Positions 58,759 through 64,000 of a DNA stretch of 64,000 bases are shown piece by piece. The DNA is taken from positions 264,048-328,047 of the forward strand of contig CBDDCX010000005.1 in the NCBI GenBank assembly GCA_965226375.1. Reading direction: 5' to 3'. A model generated the notes under the pieces. That model was not told where the DNA came from. It saw only the letters and a program-made list of their open reading frames with translations, and did not search any database. Origin of the DNA: Longimicrobiales bacterium. Lineage in GTDB: Bacteria > Gemmatimonadota > Gemmatimonadetes > Longimicrobiales > Gaopeijiaceae. How positions within the stretch are numbered: the stretch's first letter is position 1; every line of letters starts with the position of its first letter. Made by a program: the position numbers and the translations under genes.

Positions 58759-59692
58759 TCATCGGAAGTGCGCCCCGGAGAGGCGCACCGTCTGCCAGGT
58801 GCGGCCGGTATGGATCGGCCCTCGGCCGCGCTGCCGACGTGCCTGCTTCGTCAGCGCGACGCTGCGTTTCAACGCGGCCTGAAGGCCGCCGAACTCGTCG
58901 AGGATCTGGATCGCGCCTTGAAGGATGGCACGCTCGATACGGTCGATCTCTTCACGGATCCCGGCGTCCGGTTCGGCCGGGCCGGAGGCTTCTGCCCAGC
59001 CGCCGAGTATCGCCCGGGCCCGAGCGAACTCCTCGAGAGTGCGGACGACCGCCACGACCTCGACGGCTCGGCCGCGCTCGCTGAGCGCCTGCCAGAGGCC
59101 CAGGTGCGCTTCGCCCCACGAGCGTAGCGCCGTCGTGGTATCGTGTCCGGGCTCGACGTAGACGAAGACGGCGCGCTCGGCCTCGAGCGCGACCGGCAGC
59201 TTGAGCGGGAAATAGCGCCGGGTGTTGCCGGCGGCTCCGCGGTAGAGCCGCGAGGGCAGGATCCGGCGCTCGATGCCGAGCGCCTCGAACGCGCCGACCT
59301 TCTCGGACTCGGTCGGCAGCCACGGCAAGCCGGGATGCTCGAGCACGTAGTCGAGCGAGAGCAGGCGACGCATGAGTACCGCCTCGGAAGCGGCCCGGCG
59401 ATGGCGGATGTCCTCTGCGCCGAGCGCCCGGTAGAGCTGCCGGCTGAAAATCCTGCACACGCGGCCGATGCCCTTGATGCCGGGCACGGTCTCTTCGGTG
59501 GCCGCGCCTTGCGCGATCAGGGCGTGCACGCCGCGCCGCACCTGTTCGGGATGCGCATCGAGGAACCGGGACCACTGGGCCCGGATAAACACGCCACTGT
59601 GCAGACATGCCAGCGCGATCCACTCGGCCTGGCGTCCCGTCCACCCGAACGGCTCGAGCGCCTGCTTCCCGTCCCCGCAGATGGGCGATCAT
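58759..59692 (-). CDS. ICE-associated hypothetical protein, wHTH-like N-terminus (frameshift near 59665)
   Basis: MIAHLRGRE/ALEPFGWTGRQAEWIALACLHSGVFIRAQ; RRLLSLDYVL; YFPLKLPV...FVYVEPG; ATGA-coupled to virB8. Confidence 0.7.
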
Positions 59693-60358
59693 CGCGGGGC
59701 TTCCGTGACCAGGGCACGGTCGGCCTGGAGGTAGGTGATGAGGATGCCCATCGGGTTGTAGACGACGAGCTGGGAGGGGATGACGGTGAGGAACGTGAAC
59801 CGGACCGTGATCGACCACCGCTCCCTCAGGGTCTCCTGCCCCTGCCTGAGGTGGACCAGGTCGAAGTCGGCGGTCGCGCCGTGCGGCGCCTCCGGTGCGG
59901 GGTGGATGCGGAGCACGACCTGCTCGACCTGGTGCTCGGTGTCGGCGGTGCCCGCCGCCATGGCGGCGACCTCGGCGCCGTCCCGCGTGAACGCGGCGTT
60001 CGCCAGCTCGGTCGAGAGGAAGCGGAGGCTCCGGGTCCAGTGCTGCTCGACCGTCGCCTGGCGCCTGGAATAGAAGTCGGAGATGAACCGGTTAAGGAAG
60101 TACTTGGTCGTGGGATCGAGCGGATCCGCCTGCGCCGTTGCGGCCTCGTAGGCCACGGCCTCGGCGCGGCCGACCTCGTCGACGCGCACCACGAATGGGC
60201 CTGGGCGGCTCGACGGTCGCGACCCGGAGCAGGAGCACGCCGAGCGCGAGGCACGCGGCGGCGAGGATCATCGCCAGCGTCCGGAGCTTCCGGTTCGCCT
60301 CGACGGTCTCGCCCCAGATCTCCGCGTACTCGCGGCCGGCATCGTGTTCTCGGTTCAT
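59689..60358 (-). CDS. VirB8/TrbF-like protein (frameshifted near 60200)
   Basis: EYAEIWG, one TM, VRVDEVGRA, KYFLNRFI, YNPMGILIT. Confidence 0.85.
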
Positions 60359-60369
60359 GGATGTCTCCT

Positions 60370-61380
60370 TCAGCCTCCGGGGATTGGGGGGCGGGCCGGG
60401 TTCGCGGCAGCGCTGAGGCGCCCGCCGCCGCGCACCGCGAGCGCCATGAATCCCGACCCGACGGATCCGGAGCCGGAGACGAGCATCGCGGCGAGCTCGC
60501 CCACCTTCATGCCGGCCATCAGGCCGGAGACGACGAGCGGGAGGAGGACGACGACCCACAGCCCGAGCTCGGCCGGGTCGGAGGAGCCGGTGCCCATCAA
60601 GGCGCCGGTATAGGTCGTGATGTAGCCCATGCCCACGCCCATGAAGACGCGGAGGATGGCACCGGCCACGACGCCGTAGAGCGTGTAGACGATGAGCGTG
60701 CGGAACCATCCCCAGAACAGGAACGCGAGCGGCTCGAACAGCAGCCAGGGGATGAACACGGGGCCCAAGAGGATCACGATCGCGAGCGCCACCTGCGCCC
60801 AGATCACCTGCGCGTAGGTCAGGCAGAAGAGCGCGACGAGGCCGAGCACGAGCGGCACGCCCATCATCAGCGCGACGAGGGAGGAGAAGAACACGTTCAC
60901 GCCCTCGGTCATGAGGGTCATCAGGCTCCCGCCCGACCATGCCGCTCCGAGCCGTGCGGCGAACGCCTGCACGAGCGCGGTCATCTCCGTGTAGCCGACG
61001 GACACGACATCGGAGATGAACAGGTTCTGGAGCCAGATCCCTCCGGCCGCGACCATGGCCGGGAACGTGAAGCCCACGCCCGGGATCGGGACGCTGTAGT
61101 AGTGGAGCAGCGTCCGGGGGATCGCGATCCCGAGCACGACACGCACGAGGGACCAGGGCTCGAAGGTTCCGCTGAACGCGATCTTGAGCCCGCTCCAGGC
61201 GACGACGATCGCCGCGAGACCGCCCCACAGCTGGTGGCCGAGCGTCAGCACGTCGGGCGCCGCGCCGCCGACCACGGTGTCGAGCACGACGTCCAGGAAC
61301 CCCTTGAAGTCCTGGAGCTGATCCGCGGGGATCTGGGCCGGGACGTTCGGATCGATCGACTGCGGTGGCAGGAGTTGCAT
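60370..61380 (-). CDS. VirB6/TrbL-like protein
   Basis: Polytopic membrane protein; LLGPVFIPWLLF..LAFLFWGWF. Confidence 0.85.
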   Translation of the reverse strand: MQLLPPQSIDPNVPAQIPADQLQDFKGFLDVVLDTVVGGAAPDVLTLGHQLWGGLAAIVVAWSGLKIAFSGTFEPWSLVRVVLGIAIPRTLLHYYSVPIPGVGFTFPAMVAAGGIWLQNLFISDVVSVGYTEMTALVQAFAARLGAAWSGGSLMTLMTEGVNVFFSSLVALMMGVPLVLGLVALFCLTYAQVIWAQVALAIVILLGPVFIPWLLFEPLAFLFWGWFRTLIVYTLYGVVAGAILRVFMGVGMGYITTYTGALMGTGSSDPAELGLWVVVLLPLVVSGLMAGMKVGELAAMLVSGSGSVGSGFMALAVRGGGRLSAAANPARPPIPGG

Positions 61381-61398
61381 GACAGTCGCTCCCGGGGC

Positions 61399-62307
61399 CT
61401 AGGCTTGGCCGCCCATGTAGAACGACGGGATCTTGAACAGGAGCCCTTCCCGGAGCCGGTCGCGGTTCTGGAACGCGGCCGCCCGCATCGCATCGGCCAT
61501 CGCGTTCGTACGGAGGCGCGCGTCCCTCCACTCGGCGAGCCGCTCGAGCCGGTCGATCTCGGCCTGCTGCATCCGGTTCGCTTGCTCGACGGCCTGATAG
61601 GCGAGCACCTGCGCCACGGCGGCGTTGATCCGGCCCTGCGTCAGCGCGGCCGCGACCTGCGCCTGCTGGAGCGCCGTGTTGGACAGATTGCCGTTCGCGG
61701 TCAGCTCGTCGAACGAGCCCTGTGCGCTCTCGACGGTCGAGGCGAGCGAGGCCGCGGCGTCCATCATCGCGTAGTCGAGCACGCGCTGGCGGTCGGCGGC
61801 CTCACGGGCCTGGCGGTAGTCCTCAACCGCGCGCGACGACGCCTCGGCCGGGCGGTTACGGAACAGCTCGAGGATGTCCGCCTCGCTCACCTGGTCGGCC
61901 ACACCTTGGGCGCTCCGCCAGACGTCGGTGAACGAGTCGCCGCTCCCCATGTCACGCACCGCGTCGACCAGCTCGCCGGCCGCGCCGCTGAACTCGGAGC
62001 CCCAGTCGAGGTCGTCGCCGACGAGGCCGATGGATCCGGCCGCCAGCTCGGCGAACGGTTCGATCAGCGCGTCCACCTCGCCCCGCGCGACGTCCTTCAT
62101 GTAGTCGAGCTGCTCCTCGAGCTCGGTGAGCTGGCGGGTCATCGTCCGCATCTGGCGGATCTGGTTCGCGATCTGGGTCGCTTGGTTCACGATCATCTGG
62201 GCTCGCTGGATCACGCCGCCGATGTCGAAGAAGGCGTTGGCCGGCCCTGCGCTCGCGAGCATCAGGACCGAGACCAGGAAGGCGGTGGTAAGGGTTCGGT
62301 GACGCAT
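61399..62307 (-). CDS. TrbJ/VirB5-like secreted helical protein
   Basis: Signal peptide; QRAQMIVNQATQIANQIRQM; located between virB10 and virB6. Confidence 0.7.
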   Translation of the reverse strand: MRHRTLTTAFLVSVLMLASAGPANAFFDIGGVIQRAQMIVNQATQIANQIRQMRTMTRQLTELEEQLDYMKDVARGEVDALIEPFAELAAGSIGLVGDDLDWGSEFSGAAGELVDAVRDMGSGDSFTDVWRSAQGVADQVSEADILELFRNRPAEASSRAVEDYRQAREAADRQRVLDYAMMDAAASLASTVESAQGSFDELTANGNLSNTALQQAQVAAALTQGRINAAVAQVLAYQAVEQANRMQQAEIDRLERLAEWRDARLRTNAMADAMRAAAFQNRDRLREGLLFKIPSFYMGGQA

Positions 62308-62325
62308 GATGAGCTCCTTTGTTTG

Positions 62326-63611
62326 TTATTGCCGTGTCCCGGCCCTGGGGACCAGGACGTCGGACGTGAACCAGATGCGCAGGCGATGGCCCGCGCGGAT
62401 CGTGATCGTGGGTAGCCGGTTCAGGAACCGGTCGAGAACCGAGGTCGCGCTCTGGCCGAGGCCCTGGCCGACGCCCGCCCTGAGGCCGAACGGCGAACCG
62501 CCGGCCAAGGCGAGCCCGCTCACGACGCCGATGGCTCCGGCCGCAGCGAACGTGCTGAAGTAGTGGCGGTCGACCTGGTCCCTGAAGCGCGCCCTCGCCC
62601 GCCTGGTTCAGGCCGGTGAACTCGAGGTCGATCCAGCTGCCGTCGGGCAGGAGCAGCCGGTGAAACGCGACGGCGAGCCGGCTCTGGTCCGGGTCCTGAA
62701 CGGCCCGGGCCGTGCCGACGACGCGCGCGCCGCGCGGGATCAGGATCCGCTGGCGGTCGGCCGAATAGAACGGGACCGAGACCATGGCGAGCACGGGTCC
62801 GGGGAAATCGCCCGTGAGCTGCGTGAGCAGCACCCCTTCGAGGAACGAGCCCTCATAGATCCGCTCCCAACCCGGCGGGTCGGCGGGCCGGACGCTCCGG
62901 CCGGGTTGAACCGGTCCCGGTGCCGGACGGGAGGCTTGCTGCCCGGCCACGGGCGCCGTCGCAGCGGCGATGCCAGGGGACCCGAGGAGAAGCTGCTCCG
63001 CCGCCAGCTCGCCCTCGAGCGCCCCGAGCGACTGCTCGAAGGAGGCGAGAGCCGCTTGGACCGCGTTCTCGAGGAGCGCCACATCCGCGTCGGCCGCGCC
63101 TTCGGTGCTTCGGCCGTCGGGTTCGGACGACCGGGTCGCGGCGTCCGGAGTCCTGGACGTGCGGGCGACCGGCAGGGCGCGGAGCGAGCGGGTTCTGCGC
63201 TCCAGCTCCTCCAGCCGAAGCGCCTCCCTAAGCTCCGACTCGGCCGCGCTCACGCCTGGGATCAAGGCTGCGGTGTTCGGCGTCTCCGACTCGGTCTGGA
63301 GCCGAGCCATCTCCTCGGCGGCCGCGGCCTGCCGGCGCTCGAGCTCGGCGCGCGCCCGGGCGGCGGCCTCCAGAGTCTGCCGCTCGGCCTCTTGCCGAAT
63401 GCGGTTCTGGAGGGACCGTCCCATCCCGTCGTCGACCGCCTGCGCCTCGGGCAGGGCTACGAGAGTGTCGGCTTCCTGGGGACCCGTCATCGCCCACGAG
63501 AAGAGGAGTCCGCCGACGAGCACGGCGATCAACACCACGCCCGCCTTCGTCACGATGCCGCCCGGCAGCGCGCCTTCCGGCGGGCGAGACCCACTGCTTC
63601 CAACGGCTCAT
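62326..63611 (-). CDS. VirB10/TrbI-like protein (frameshifts near 63570 and 62585)
   Basis: One TM; IYEGSFLEGVL, GDFPGPV, LIPRGARVVG, RLLLPDG, PTITIRAG. Confidence 0.87.
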
Positions 63612-64000
63612 CGGAGGCCGTCCCTGGGCGTGAACCGCCAAGCGGCCCGCTTGTCGCCGATCTGGAGCCACCCGTCGCCCAGTACGTGGCGGGCGATGTA
63701 GAGGCCCTCCTCACGTCAGGTCGTACGCCACGAGCGCCGGTTCGCCGTCCCGGAGCTCATAGAGGGCCGGCGACTCCTGGGCGTGGGACCGCAGGTAGGT
63801 GAACTGCCCGTCGTGCCACATCGCTTCGACCAGGAACGGCCGGTCCGCCGCGTCCCCGTCGAGCCGGTACTCGAACGCGAGACGCTCCGGATAGCCGGCA
63901 CGGAACGCCTCGATCGCCGACTCGGCCTGCGACCGGGCCTCCAGGATGCCGGCCTCGGCCGCCGCCCGGGCACTCCGCGCGGCCTCGGCCGCCTCGGCGG
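63608..64000 (-). CDS. VirB9/TrbG-like protein, C-terminal part (partial, frameshifted)
   Basis: FEYRL...PFLVEAMWHDGQFTYLR...ESPALYELRDGEPALVAY. Confidence 0.8.

Larger units (their letters stand above)
51867..64000 (-). mobile_element. integrative conjugative element (VirB/VirD4-type T4SS), continues beyond the window
   Basis: Abuts tRNA-Lys; xis-int remnant, ArdC, VirB11, VirD4 and VirB8/6/5/10/9-like genes; visibly higher GC than the backbone. Confidence 0.88.

Noticed and set aside
59143..62415. 1090-aa plus-strand ORF
   Set aside because: It is the antisense shadow of the virB8/virB6/trbJ-like genes in very high-GC DNA and has no motifs

Overview
GC-rich bacterial DNA. The gene complement suggests Gemmatimonadota (Longimicrobiales-like), which is an inference, not a search result. 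About 1-50,000 is mostly chromosomal backbone: a probable 6S RNA, a stand-alone cytochrome b, a GGDEF-PilZ protein, an Omp85/PD40 protein, many peptidases (including an M28-M14 fusion), pterin/folate genes (folB, folK, a folM-like reductase, a PTPS-II-type synthase, folE), a VapBC pair, a CutA-TPR-macrodomain-transglutaminase-ABC run, leuA-like, ilvE, ggt, msrB, an IDH-like gene and an acyl-CoA dehydrogenase. A foreign-looking patch at about 29.2-30.9 kb holds a 52-aa ORF and a proteasome-beta-like (Ntn) gene. That gene is split by an IS1595 with TIRs and an 8-9 bp target duplication, and it is invisible in the ORF track. At 50.06-51.87 kb a duplicated 5' half of tRNA-Lys(CTT) brackets about 1.7 kb of decayed cargo (CD-NTase fragment, IS481 pieces, DUF4760-like pseudogene). 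From about 51.9 kb to the end lies a higher-GC conjugative element: broken relaxase and xis-int remnants, ArdC, VirB11, VirD4, VirB8/6/5/10/9-like genes, two wHTH/nuclease-like unknowns and a densely structured non-coding block. Several genes end abruptly or carry single-base frameshifts, so assembly artefacts cannot be excluded. No CRISPR array or rRNA was seen. All assignments come from motif recognition by eye.
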